Assembly: GCA_963924565.1 (NCBI GenBank)
Contig: OZ004612.1
Span: forward strand, 2,728,001-2,792,000
Direction of reading: 5' to 3'
DNA length: 64,000 nucleotides
From: Ascidiella aspersa
Lineage: Eukaryota
This document shows, piece after piece, positions 50,500 through 62,462 of the stretch. The notes beneath the pieces are model-generated. The model saw only the letters and a list, made by a program, of their open reading frames with translations. It made no database searches and had not been told where the DNA came from. A program made the translations under genes and the position numbers. Position 1 is the first letter of the stretch; each line of letters opens with the position of its first letter.

Positions 50500-53400
50500 A
50501 TGAGCGAAAACTTAGAATCTGAAAAGCGAAGGCTGCTAATTCGGTTCTTTGCATTCATTTTTGGAGTCGCAGCTACTCTAGGATCGTATGCCAGTTTCAT
50601 ATTTTTCCAGTCAAGCTTCCACATAGAAAGCGGAGTTGGTAAGTATTAATTTTAATGTTACGCACCCTACAGTCCCGTGGGCATGTATTTATGTCTTTAA
50701 ATCGTATTTAAATCGTAAATGTTAAGCAGGGTTAGATTACCCATTAATCAAATAAGCACCTTAGAGCACCAATGAAAGAGGGGCACCACAGGATTTTTAA
50801 AGCTGAACTTCTAATGGTGCCTCCGTGTTTAATGAAATATTTCGAGTTAAAATAGTTCCCACAATACATGTTTGGGAAATATTTCAGTATATGCTATTCC
50901 ACCTTTACAATTAACAGTTTTCGGCCTCATCAGTTTTTGGTAATGCGCATGCGCACGTCGGACATATTTTCCTTAACCCCTGGTCCGATTTGATTTAAAG
51001 GGAATCCAACCAAACACTATTGTATAGCCTATATACTTTATCATGGCGGACTGGCGGTAATGCTAAAATTGGGTCAATTTTTAATTTGTACAGTGAATTG
51101 TTTAGGTCTTTTGAGGACTGAAATAATCGTTTAAAACAATCTCCTGTTTTAACAATTATTGAGGGTAACTGTATTTACACTTTACTCTTTCTTTTCTTTT
51201 TTTTTTATTGTCTACCTGTTACTTTTCAATTTTAGGTGGTGCACAACCAAATCCCGATTACGAACTGCTAATACAATAATTGCATCGCAGGAATTACAGC
51301 GACTACCATTGTTTACGCGGTTGGTGGATTATTTTCTCTCGTTGGAACTCCAGTTGTTATTCAAGAAGTTGGAGCGAAAACTGCGATGGTCGCTTGTCAC
51401 TTTGGTTTTATAGCTTACGCCATCGCTAAGTTTCATCCAAGTGCGTATTTCTAATTCTTGAACATATCCAGTGACAATTTTATGCCGTTTTTGTGACTTG
51501 AATTGTGGTTTCAAACAATCTTCATTTAAAAATACACTTCTTTGTCTAGAAGGCCGTTTTTCCAAAGTGAAAATTTAAAACAAACAAAAAAAACTGTTGT
51601 GTTTCACCGATCTACTTGACTAAAAAATTGCGGGTTTACAGTACAAACATATATTACACCACATGACATTCCATCCAGTCAATTTACAGTTTGCGGCCTT
51701 ATCAGTTTCGAAATTTGGTATTGCGCATGCTCATTCGGACTCGGGTCTCGAGTAGTTTTACATGGTCTTACTCGAGTTCCGAGTCCGACTCCAGTAAACT
51801 AAACCGACACAGTCGAGTCCAGAGTGCATTTCCGCAGACCTGGACGATAAACGTCGGTACGTAAATCAAGTTTAGAAATCGTTCTATTTTTATTCATTCT
51901 CGTTTCAGGATTTTACATAATAATTTTTCAATTTTTACAGGATTTTACACAATGGTTCCAGGAGCTATATTGGCTGGTTTGGGAGAAGCAACGATTAACC
52001 CGCTCATGTTACTTTTCAGCGTTCACTTCGCAAGATGTTACTCACAATTTCAAAACAAACATCGAGATTTCTACCAGGCAAAGTTCTTGGGCTGTCAATG
52101 GTTCGCCGTCAAAGTGACTCTGGTAAAAAATAAACCCGTTCTTTATTTTATATGATTTTATGGACATAAAGGCACTAATCCTGCCATGCCCTATATTTTT
52201 TCGAATAATCGTTGCATGTCTTGAGTACAAAGAATTTTATTTCCAGGTTTTGTGTAGCCTTACAAACTATGGAATCCTGTACGCCGGGAAAGCCCCCGAT
52301 GCGAGCGTGGGGCTCAACGGCACTCGGTCGCAGCGTTTACTGCGCGTCTGCGGTATCAACGACTGCCAGGATTCGAACCTTACCGCCCTAAACATCGACC
52401 AGTACGCACCTGACCCGCGCACCACTTACATCGTTATCGGCGTCATTGTGGCTCTGATACTAGGTGGCGCCATTGATCATGGATTGGTTTTGAAAAAATT
52501 GGATCGAAGTTTGGAAGCAAAGACATATCCACGAAAAGGTAATTTGTATAACACTAACTTGAATTGACATTGATATGTGTGATAAATTAATTATTTAACT
52601 GGAGCCTTTGGGAAGAACCGACCAATAATAATAGGTGCTTATCGGCTCCGCATCATAGAATTAGCCTGAGTAGGTTCAATGCGATGAAATATACATCGGT
52701 GATGGTTGGTTGACCAAACCGCAATTTACTAAATTTAGGCGAAATATTTGTTACTTTTCAGGATCGCAATCCTTAAGCGTGATTTCTTTGGGAGAACAAC
52801 CTACCACCTTTCCTTGCGAAGAAAATGGAGACGGTTGCAGATTGGTACAAAATAAAACGGTAATAATTTCTTAGAGAGCGCAATCTTCGCCCACGCTCGA
52901 TAGAGATGTATTACAGATAAAATTCCTGTGGATTTGGTAACATATTTTCACAAATGTTTTACCGGATATAGCTGGATGAAAAAAGTTTCTCCGAATACCT
53001 AAATGGCAATCACTTAAAATAATCCGAAAATACTAATACAGTCCTATTTGCAAACGGATTTAAAACATGCATAAATCTAACCTAATAAAACTTGGATTTC
53101 AGAAAAGAGATTTGGCGCCGAACGTGTTTCGCATTATGCGGGTGTTTTTGAAAACTTCCAAATCTACTTTTTCTCACATGATCAAACCTCGTCAGTTGCT
53201 CATCATACCCTTGACCATCTTAAGCGGTTTGCAACCAGGTTTTGTGTTTTCTGAGCTTTCCAGAGCTTTTGCATCTTGCTTTCTTGGAGTAGACAAGGTA
53301 AATAAGTATTATTTTAGTTAGTTTACCGCTAGGATGAAAAAGCGTTAGCCGGTTTATCTAGCTAGGCTGATCGAAGACCAGAGTAATTGGTCAGCTTTAA

Positions 53401-54268
53401 ATGAAAATGCTGCTTTACCGCGCAAATATGTTTTTAATAGGTCGGACTATGCGCTGCCTTATACAACCTGGTGGTTGCACTGGGCTGCCTTCTAACGGGC
53501 AAACTCATATCAAGTTTTGGGCGAATCAAACCCCAGATGTTCGCCGTCCTTCTGTGCCTCACAAACTACTCTTTAATGTTGACATGGACGCCGACTGCTG
53601 GCAGCATTTGGATGGTTTATTGCCTCTTTGCTTTGTTTGGAGTGGTTGATTCGATTTGGAACGTTTTCACTACAGGTTTTTATCATTTTTTCAAGTTTTT
53701 TCTCCTAAAAGGTTGCCAGATTATGTGGAATTTCGCAAAAAAAAAAACGAAAAAAAACTTATAATCGCAAACATCACATCAAAACTGGTTAACAAATATC
53801 AACATAATAGTTTTTTTCTAATTTCGTTATATGATACATAGGAATATTGACCAATAGAAAAATAAACCGTAATAATATTTTTTTACTTGAATTTGTGTTT
53901 TAAGAAAGTGTAATTTTCTATCACTCTCTTTCTATATATGTTTTCATAAATACTTCATTATTTAAGATCTATACGCCGCCTACTTTCCCAATGACCAGGA
54001 CACAGCTTACTCTCTGTGGTCGTTTTGGCATTTTTGTGGATTTGCAATCCAGTTTGCTTGGAGCACCAGCATTTGTGTGCGCGAAAAGATATACATTCAA
54101 ATCGGCTTTCTACTATTTGCAACTCTTTGCTATTGTAAGTGTCTTAGAAAATACAACTTACAACAAATTCCAAAAAACAGCTCATTTTTGCTTTTTGCAG
54201 TGTTTGCTGAATATTGGGAGCAAAGAAACAAAGGCAAGCAATTGCCATCACAAAATCTGGAAATGTAG
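50500..54268 (+). CDS. unc93a: UNC-93-like (UNC93A-related) MFS-fold membrane protein, 9 exons, about 508 aa
   Basis: Exons 50500-50638, 51291-51440, 51941-52122, 52247-52538, 52762-52859, 53103-53297, 53441-53675, 53967-54134, 54201-54268 join in frame (1527 nt). Family-like motifs: QSSFHIESGVG, PVVIQEVGAK, FYTMVPGAILAGLG, CGINDC, QLLIIPLTILSGLQPGF, AFASCFLGV, LFGVVDSIW, LYAAYF...AYSLWSFW...GFAIQFAWSTSIC...KIYI. Confidence 0.88.
51685..51842 (-). mobile_element. Truncated inverted copy of the 58995-59394 MITE family in UNC-93-like intron 2; a smaller fragment lies at about 50905-50963
   Basis: Reverse complement aligns with 58995-59110 (CAGGTCTGCGGA...CTCGAGTAAGACC...AAAACTA...GAGCATGCGCA). 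Confidence 0.72.
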
Positions 54269-54338
54269 TGCATATTCAAACGCGTTGCTTTACTGAAATT
54301 ATTCGTTTTGTCAACTTTTGGATTTCAAATAATTATAA

Positions 54339-54599
54339 AGGCCCGTTTGCACTACAGCTGCACTGAGCGGAGCTGAGCTGAGCTGAGCTGCACTGGGCGT
54401 GAAATTATTTTCAAACGTAAACGTAACGATTTTCTGTAGTTGCATTAAGTTTAGCAAAGCGTGAAAGTCGCTCCAAAGCGTATTTTTTTCCAGCTGCACG
54501 GGGCTTGAGTTTAGCAAAGCTTGAAACGCTCGCCACAATAGAATTTAAATGCAAATTACGCTTTGCTCAGCTCAGTGCAGCTGTAGTGTAAACGGGCCT
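54339..54599. mobile_element. PIF/Harbinger-type MITE, 261 bp
   Basis: TIRs of about 30 bp, AGGCCCGTTT(G/A)CACTACAGCTGCACTGAGC, with 1 mismatch; TAA on both flanks (54336-54338, 54600-54602); internal GCTGA repeats. Confidence 0.88.
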
Positions 54600-56193
54600 T
54601 AAATCAACATTTGGCTGCATTGCCTATTCAGCTCAAATCAAATTTACATGAAACGCTACTGTTTCTACCTGTTTATTTGAAATGTACTCTTTCATTTTGC
54701 TTTTCTTGCTCAGCACTCGATACAGCCGCTTCTGTGAGCTTGCCAGCAATCGCCTTTCTTCAGCTATAGAATGTTGCAGCTTCTGTGTAAAAAGTCACAA
54801 AAGTCACATTCCGTAAAAAGTCACATACTACGTTGGTCCATTTGGGAATAACTTTAAGGTTTCTCTGTTAAATATAACTCAGCAACAAAATTGTTGCCGC
54901 TTAAACACAGTTTACATTAGGAAGGTGACAAGCGAGAAAAAAAAAAGACAACTTTTTTGGCAAAATCTAGTTTTTTTTATTGTGCAATAGGTTTTTCTAT
55001 CAATTTTCGCTGGCAATTCTACTTACAGCCGCCAATACTTATGTTTTCTAAACACGTGTACGGCCGCAGGTTGTGAATTCAAACTGCAGTTTGTGCATGT
55101 GCAGTTAAACAAATAACTTCAACCACCGTCAGTTTGACAAACGGATTCTACCTACTGTAAATTAGAGCTTAAAACCACAAAGTGAAATTATAAGAGAAGT
55201 CTGCAATTTAATGGAGTTGTGCAATTAGTTTAGAAGTTTTTACCGGATCAGTTCAGCTACACATAAAATTATATTACAAAGTTATGTATCTACAAATTAA
55301 CTTAAAAAAAATTACAAAATAATTGAAGTTCAATTAGTATGGTTTTCTACGTATTTAGTCCAGGAATACAATAAATTATAGCTAAAAAATGTAAAATTCA
55401 TTACCCGTAAATAACTTCGAATCGGAGCCAATAATCTTTAAACTTTCTGGTCTTGATCAAATTCAGTCTTCATAAGTTCTAGTCATTTAATTAGACTTTT
55501 GTTGTCTTTTGCGAATAAGTAGGATTTCTACGTACATAAAAACTCGGAAGAAATCTTTTTGTGCAGCCGCCTTTTTGTATTTGTGTTGAAGAACTAGTAA
55601 CTTTGTCACAAGCTACAATAAAACTTAAAATAAGCAATAAACAGCTAATTGATCACGTGATTTTTGTAAACAATAGTCTCAACGCAGCCGTAGTACAAAA
55701 CGCCCAGCTCAGCTCTCTACTATAAACTTGAAATCTTGGCGGATTTTTGATTAAATTAAGTTGTTGATTACTAGTTAGCCTTCCTACATTAGGCTTTTTG
55801 ACTTATCGTCTACTAAATCTTAGCTTTAACACTTACAGGAATTTTAAGTACTAAAATCGCCCAATTTTTTCCTATTGAATTAAAATTAGACCACTATTCC
55901 TCATTTTTCAATTTTCCTTGACATTTTTTATTTTAAATAGGAAAAGTTGAAGGGGTAATTATAAACATTGTGTTAAAACACTTTCAACGGATATTTTAAA
56001 AAAGAAAACTTTGTGTTTCTCGCAAATCTATTGTTTCATTAACAACTTCCCTTTTGAAAGAACTATTTACGTGGCAGAAAATATTTTTAATTTACTATTT
56101 TAATATTCAAAATATGATAGCATATAGGTCAAAAGTTGGTCGTTTTTGCCCCAATTTTGTTCGTCATCACTACATAATTTTTAACCTATCTGT

Positions 56194-59100
56194 TCACCAG
56201 TCGAGCTTGTACCCAAGCAGGCGAAAAAGTTGGTCATTATACGGTTTGTAGAAGCTTTCAAGGCTCTTCATAGTGTTTGGATCGGGCACCGGCTTTCCAG
56301 GACCTGTAGTTTTGCTTTTACTTGAGCTCAAGCAAAACGTGGTGCTTAACTTCAAGCAGTAAAACCCTGTTTTGTTGTTCTTCACGAAAGAATCGACTTG
56401 AAACACGGGTCTGACCCCCAAGTGCTCTTCAAGGTCAAATATCACGTGGCCAGTGTCGCCGATCAGCTGTTTCCCGGTCCGGACCAGCACGTCCTCTCTC
56501 GCGTAGCGCGCGAAAAAGGCGGCTACGTCATAAAAGTAAACGCCGCGTGACACCAGGGTCTGGAGCCTGTTCTCGGTAGAGTTGGCCAGCGAATCGAGGT
56601 ACATGCCGTAAGTGACGTCACTGCTGGAGGGGAGGGACCGCTTGACGTCATCAAGAATGGCGATCGATTCTTTGATGGCGCCCGGGAACTTGTGACCCTT
56701 CAGATCGTCGAACTGAAAATTAAGAGGTTTTGAAATTTAGGTGAGAGTTTTTAAACTTTTTTCGCGGCCACCCAATTACTAAGCGTAAGTGTAACAGAAA
56801 AGCGTTGGCGAACAATTCCCTTCACCGAACTTTTTGTGCCGTAAGTGAACATAACACAAGACAATAGCATAAAAAAGATCATATTTAATTATTGTTAGCC
56901 ATGTTCTGAATTTAATAAAGAATAAAACGTTTTAAAATTTAGGTGAGATGTTGCTTATAATTATGATTTACCGATAATATTGTGTCGGAGCCGAGTATAG
57001 GGATTTATGCATGTTTTGTGTGACATATATTTTTGTGTTGTGTTGTCTGCAGTCCTTATTATTTTATCTTACCGCCGTTCCAGGCGGTTTCGGCTTAATT
57101 TAAACACTATAAAGGGCAGTGCTGCAGACAAGTCATTTTGAAATGACTTAAGAAGTCCCAGTCAAGTCATTTAAGAAATAACTAAAGTCCAAGTCAAGTC
57201 ATTTAAGAAATAACTAAAGTCCAAGTCAAGTCATTTCGCAACTATAGCAAGTCGAGTCCAATACATCGGTTGTCCAAGTCAAGTCCCAGATAAAAAGTAA
57301 ATTGAAATAAATTTAAAGCATTAAACTTTCTAAATTGCTTAACTCATCACAATATGAGAAACAATTCAACTAAAAACGAAACATATGCAATATACAGCAA
57401 ATCAAATTGCTAACATACAAAACTTGATATAAATCTTAATGACAAACACTTGATATAATCCCAAGATATTTGACAAAATGACGTAAGTCCAAGTCAAGTC
57501 ATTTGTACAAAATACTTAATTAAAGTCAAGTCGTTTAAAACACTTAAGTGCACTCAAGTCAAGTCAAAGTCATTACAACACTGATACAGGGTTCAGTAAA
57601 CCAAAAACTACTGACTCACCCATTTGTGTAGGATGTAGTTTTTGTAATCGGAGAAGGCTCTATGGCTGGGTTCACAAAGCAGCAACATTATCCTGCCGGG
57701 TCGTTCTTCACCCATCCTATCAAAAGCCGCTGCGTTTGTTGTGCAACTGTGGTGGGAAAATCCGATAGATTTGTTCGGATTTAGACGCTTTGCGTTCTTG
57801 ATTGCTTTTCTGCCAAAAAAACAAATTTTGGACGGTTTCTACAGCCAAGATATTCGCAATGCATTCAGTGCCTAATTTTGTGGTTTTTTTTAATTTTTTT
57901 AGGGATTTCTACGTACGTTAAACCCTACTAAGATATTTATATGATGTAAATAATACTTTAAGTCAGTGCTTGCCAACCAGCGGGTCGCAAAGCATTTCTA
58001 AATGTCACAGTTTTTCATTAGATCGGAAAATTATTGCATTATCACTGCTTAACATTTATGCAAGAATGGAACAAATACGTAACAATTAGATGTGTTGTGT
58101 CGCATTAACTATTTCACTACATACGCCAGTAGTAAAGATATGCAGAATTTGTGTAATAGTCATATCTCATTCAGTGGCGTAGCCAGCCGAAAATTTTTGG
58201 GGGGCAAAAAAGTTTAAACTTTTTGGTTTAGCTTTTGTCATTGTATTAATTGCCGTAACGAACACTATACCAATGTTAGCAAACCGTTTCGAGCAGCAAC
58301 TGACTAAATGTTAACGCAATACTCAAAAAAACATTCAAAAAGAAAAAAAATGACTTAAAGTAGTAAAACTACATTAATGTATAGCAAACGTAATATTAAC
58401 TACATCGTTTGTGACGTAACAATAACTGACAATTGAAGGTGTGGCATGCCTGTGTTCGACTGTTGTGGTACTGCTCATAAATGCTAAAAAAACAGATTAT
58501 TGAGTAAAATATTTATAAATTTTGGGGGGGCATGGCCACTCAGGCCCCCCTGGCTACGCCTATGATCTCATTGTGGGTCGCACAATCAAACTTGTATTGA
58601 GAGTGGGTTGCGAAACGAAAAAGGTTCGAAAGTACTACTTTAATTAATTAGATATTCTTTACTGAGGTGCAGGTCCTCTTCTTGCAACAAACACGTTGCA
58701 AAAAGTTTAAACAATCATTTAGTCCTGTTTTTACATACGGCATCTAAGATATCCCATATGTTAAAAAGTGCGTGTTGAGTTTAATTTGGCAAACCCATTA
58801 ATATAGAAGGGGACGTGAAGAATCAAACATTATTGATACTCTTGTTTAATGTTTTGCATAAACAATGGAATGCGAAGAAAGTTAGCTAAAGTTTAAACAT
58901 AAGTATTAAACCATGCCTCAAATAATTTTTACTTAATAAGTTTCCACTCTTCGCGCGGAGTGCGAAAGTTTTTGCATTTACCTATAGTTAAAACCAGGTC
59001 TGCGGAGCCGGACTCGGGACTCGGGACTCGAGTAAGACCGCGTAAAACTATCCGAGTCCCGAGTCCGACGTGAGCATGCGCAGTATCAAATTTTAAAACT

Positions 59101-60861
59101 GTTAAGGCGGAAAAATGTAAGTTGTAAAAGTGTAATAGCAAATGTGAAATATTTTTAAACCATGTAATGCGGGTGGATCAATTATGACACCAATATGAGT
59201 GGATTGCAGAAAATCCACCTTAATTTAGTTGCGTAAATGGGTAAAATACAGGCTGTAGAGTCAGAGCTGGACTCGGGACTCGACAAATTCTTACATTTGG
59301 CCGGAGTCGGACTCGGGACTCGGAAGTTGGACTCGGGTGTATTTTTTTGGCCGGAGTCGGACTCGGGTTGTTTTTAACCGACTCCGCAGCCCCGGTTAAA
59401 ATTGCCAAAATAGATGTGGATTGGTCGCATGTATAATTTGCAAAACTCGCGCGCCTAATGTATTACACAGGCTATTATTTTATATGCTACCTCAAAAGTT
59501 CGACGTCCCGACAACCGAAAGGAATAACCCCGTTTGGAATGAGATGAATGGAAGGATGTTTGCCAACGAAGAACTTTAGAGCTCCTGAGCCACATTTCTT
59601 CACTGAAACCAGACAAAACTGCGAACATTGGATATATTTTAGGGCTGTGTTTCTCAACACACGGGTATAGCGACCTCAAATTGTGCCGCTGTTTAATTTG
59701 GTTGGGTCGCCGACTGTTGTAGTATACATGGTTAGATTTATAATTTAATTGGAATTTAAGTGCTCTCTTGGAAAAAGGTCAGGGGACAGGTGTTCAACTG
59801 GGCATGACAAAATTGTGCCGCCGTTTGAGTTGGCTGGGTCGCATGGTATGTTTATTAAGATGGGTTCTGAGCAAGATATCTCCGGAATTTAAGGAAATTG
59901 CGGGAGCATTACCAATAAATTGCTCGTGTTAATTAAATTGCTCGTGTTAATTAAATTGGAATATAGTGTTCTCTTACCAAAGGTTCAGGGGACATGCGAC
60001 CATGACCTGGATATAATCATTTTTATCTTCAAAATGACTAACATTGACCAAAGTCTTTCGGCCAAAATACTTTTATTGAAAAACTGTTTTTTTATGTGAA
60101 TTTTTGCACATAAAACAATTAGCTTGTAATATTATGCTTTATTGTGTTTTTTCAGTTGATTATCTACTCATATTTGGACGAGTTTGTCAATTCTAATGTT
60201 TAACGTTACTTTTATATCAATTGATTTACCTGGAGTTGACAAACTTTAATAAAGACCATTTTTTTTACAAAAGACTTCTATCTTTAAGTTATTTTTCAAA
60301 TGAGGGAGATGCAAGATTATAGTTTATTGCCCAAATCCACATTTTGTTTCGCTTTTACAAAGTCGTTTGCATAACATCTATATTAACTTGTTGGTTACAC
60401 ATTTTAACATAATCTATGTAAACAAAATTCCAAACAGGCAACCATTAAATAAAACTGGAGCAACTTACAACTTTCGATCTCTTTCTCGGAGTTCTTTCCA
60501 TATTTTCTTCGCTTGAAATCACTTTCAATTTTTCCACCCCTTCTCCCTTAACCATGGACACTTTAGAGGGGACCACCACATTTGAATCTTTCCTCTTTTT
60601 GTCTTCCTGCTTCTCAAAGACCCGGGGATCTATTTCAACTCTTCTACTTTTGCTTTCAAACTGCTCACTTACGGGACTAAAAGCTGATTGTAAGTCTTCC
60701 TTTGGCTTAACTGCTGTCAAGCCGCGGTGCTTGTAGTGTTGTTGCTGTTGTTGTGGCTCGCTGGTGTAGATAACTTGCTCCAGTACAAAGCGGAGAAGAA
60801 GTGTTGAGACGATGAGAGTGGCACAGAACCGTGCACTTGGCAAACGAAGCTTCACCGCCAT
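56194..60861 (-). CDS. Divergent heparan sulfate 3-O-sulfotransferase-like (Sulfotransfer_1 family) type II Golgi protein, 4 coding exons, about 409 aa
   Basis: Minus-strand exons 60861-60469, 59618-59491, 57809-57620, 56712-56194 join with phases 0,2,0 (1230 nt). It has an N-terminal TM plus stem, a 5'-PSB-like SVKKCGSGAL..HP, a 3'-PB-like LLLCEPSHRAFSDY, and a C-terminus NNKTGFYCL...CLSSSK...LESFYKPYNDQLFRLLG...W typical of the HS3ST/NDST fold. Confidence 0.85.
57117..57583. mobile_element. hAT-type MITE with AAGTC subterminal repeats, 467 bp
   Basis: Ends CAGTGCTGCA / TACAACACTG; flanks ATAAAGGG / ATACAGGG (8-bp TSD, 1 mismatch); internal tandem duplication of about 32 bp. Confidence 0.78.
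57964..58637. mobile_element. Older hAT (Charlie-like) MITE hosting a nested insertion
   Basis: Degenerate TIRs CAGTGCTTGCCAACC / GGTTCGAAAGTACTA; flanks CTTTAAGT / CTTTAATT. Confidence 0.65.
58172..58564. mobile_element. hAT-type MITE, 393 bp, nested
   Basis: TIRs CAGTGGCGTAGCCAG / CTGGCTACGCCTATG; perfect 8-bp TSD ATCTCATT (58164-58171, 58565-58572). Confidence 0.88.
58995..59394. mobile_element. hAT-type MITE with GGACTC/GAGTCC subterminal repeats, 400 bp
   Basis: Ends CAGGTCTGCGGAG / CTCCGCAGCCCCG; flanks GTTAAAAC / GTTAAAAT. Confidence 0.82.
59678..59994. repeat. Degenerate tandem duplication in sulfotransferase intron 1, with an internal 18-bp x 2 repeat (59916-59958)
   Basis: AAATTGTGCCGC...TGGGTCGC...ATTGGAAT...TCTCTT...CAGGGGACA occurs twice. 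Confidence 0.75.
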
Positions 60862-62462
60862 GTTGTTGAATGCAATTAATCTTAAGCTAACTTTAAAGCT
60901 TGTTAATCTGAGAATAAAATAGTTAGTTGTTGTTAGCCTTAACTGTGTGGGTTTCGACCACAATGAAATAATCTTTATTGCAACAACGGTTAAACAGTAC
61001 TTACAGCAGGCACTTACGATGTACAATTTACCTCAGTACGTTCGCGATCTAGACTCCTCAATTGAACAGTAAGAATACTAGTTTTGGCACAAATTAAAAT
61101 CACCTAAATACAGCTCTTCAGCTGGCGGTAATTAAATATCGTGACAACATGCTTCAATGCCAATAATGAAAAACAGGAAATTTTAGACAATTGACGAAAC
61201 GCTTCTAGCAATCTGCTGGCAGTTTTGTATAACACGCACAGACAGGCGTTGGATGACGTCACACCGGCCAGACGGTTTTAATTGAATGACCTAGGTTTCC
61301 AACGGGTAACAATATGTAGCAAGATGCTACAACTGCCTGCGTACCACCTTGTTTGAAAAGAAACAATTTTTCCCATTTTATGTAAGTTTGATAAGGTCTT
61401 AAAACACTGGTTATAAGAATTAGGAACACAGCTTATCAAATTCATATGATCACGGCTTCTGTGATGAATCCAGACCCCTATAAAACATTACGAAAGCTAA
61501 ATAAGTAAATAAAGTCAATTTAATTTACATAAACATTGTAACGGTGATATACATGATTCAAGTCATAAAAAATACAACTGATCATATGAACAGCATCACG
61601 ACTAATGATTTGAATGTCTGTAAAACTTGGCATCTACATCATGCCACGACTATTTTTCACAATGATTCCATCAAAACTAATCAGGTGAACGTGATAAAAA
61701 TTAATCATTTGAACACAATTGACCATATCATATAAATTTTAGCCGTTTAACGCGAGTTTGTCTTCAACTAATTTAACATATATTGGTTCTTTTTTTATAT
61801 TTGACGTATATTGGTCCCAACCTGCAACTTTATACAGTTGTAATAATATTGTATCCTTTACTTGCCCTTAAACTCCGCTTAAGTTTCTAAAGCTGTTGAT
61901 TAAATAGGTCATTTATGTTGAACGAGAATATATAACTTACGGTAGCGGCAATGATATTACATTTGCCTTAACTTTCCTTAACTCCAGAAGACCTCGAGAA
62001 CCTTGCCGGTGCACACATTAAGAATTAAAGAGTTTAGAATTTCGATGGAAAACAAATGTTTTCTCATAATTCGTACTTTGGTCAATTTGCTAATTCAAAA
62101 AGTTGGCAATTCATTCTCCTGAAATATTTATGCTCGCCAAACAAGCATTTGCTAAGAATAAAAATGTCGAAGGAATTAACTAATTCGTCCCTTAACTCAT
62201 CGGGAGAACAATATTATTTTGTTGCATCGGTCAAGGATAACATCTTACTTTCTGCAAAAATTACCCTAGAAGAAAAAGTCAGTTTATAGTCCTGGGTTTG
62301 GGTTGTTTTTTAAAGAAACTAAAAGCTTTTCTTATACAAAGTTCGCTAAGAAACTAACTTTCTGAAGTTGCGTGATAGCTAGGTTTTATGATATCCAGCT
62401 TATATATCTTATCTTGCTTATCTGCTAACTCTTTATATATTTTCATAAATAATACTCTAGTT

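Noticed and set aside
58933-58981. Apparent 49-nt minus-strand exon (GKCKNFRTPREEWKLIK) with AG/GT ends in the sulfotransferase gene
   Set aside because: The upstream exon ends in phase 2, so inclusion gives AGG TAA (stop). The flanking exons already join in frame without it. At most a poison exon.
60862-61026. N-terminal extension of the 193-aa ORF upstream of MAVKLRL
   Set aside because: The region contains intron signals (donors, branch point, acceptor at 60908); the ATG at 60861 gives the normal short-tail type II topology.
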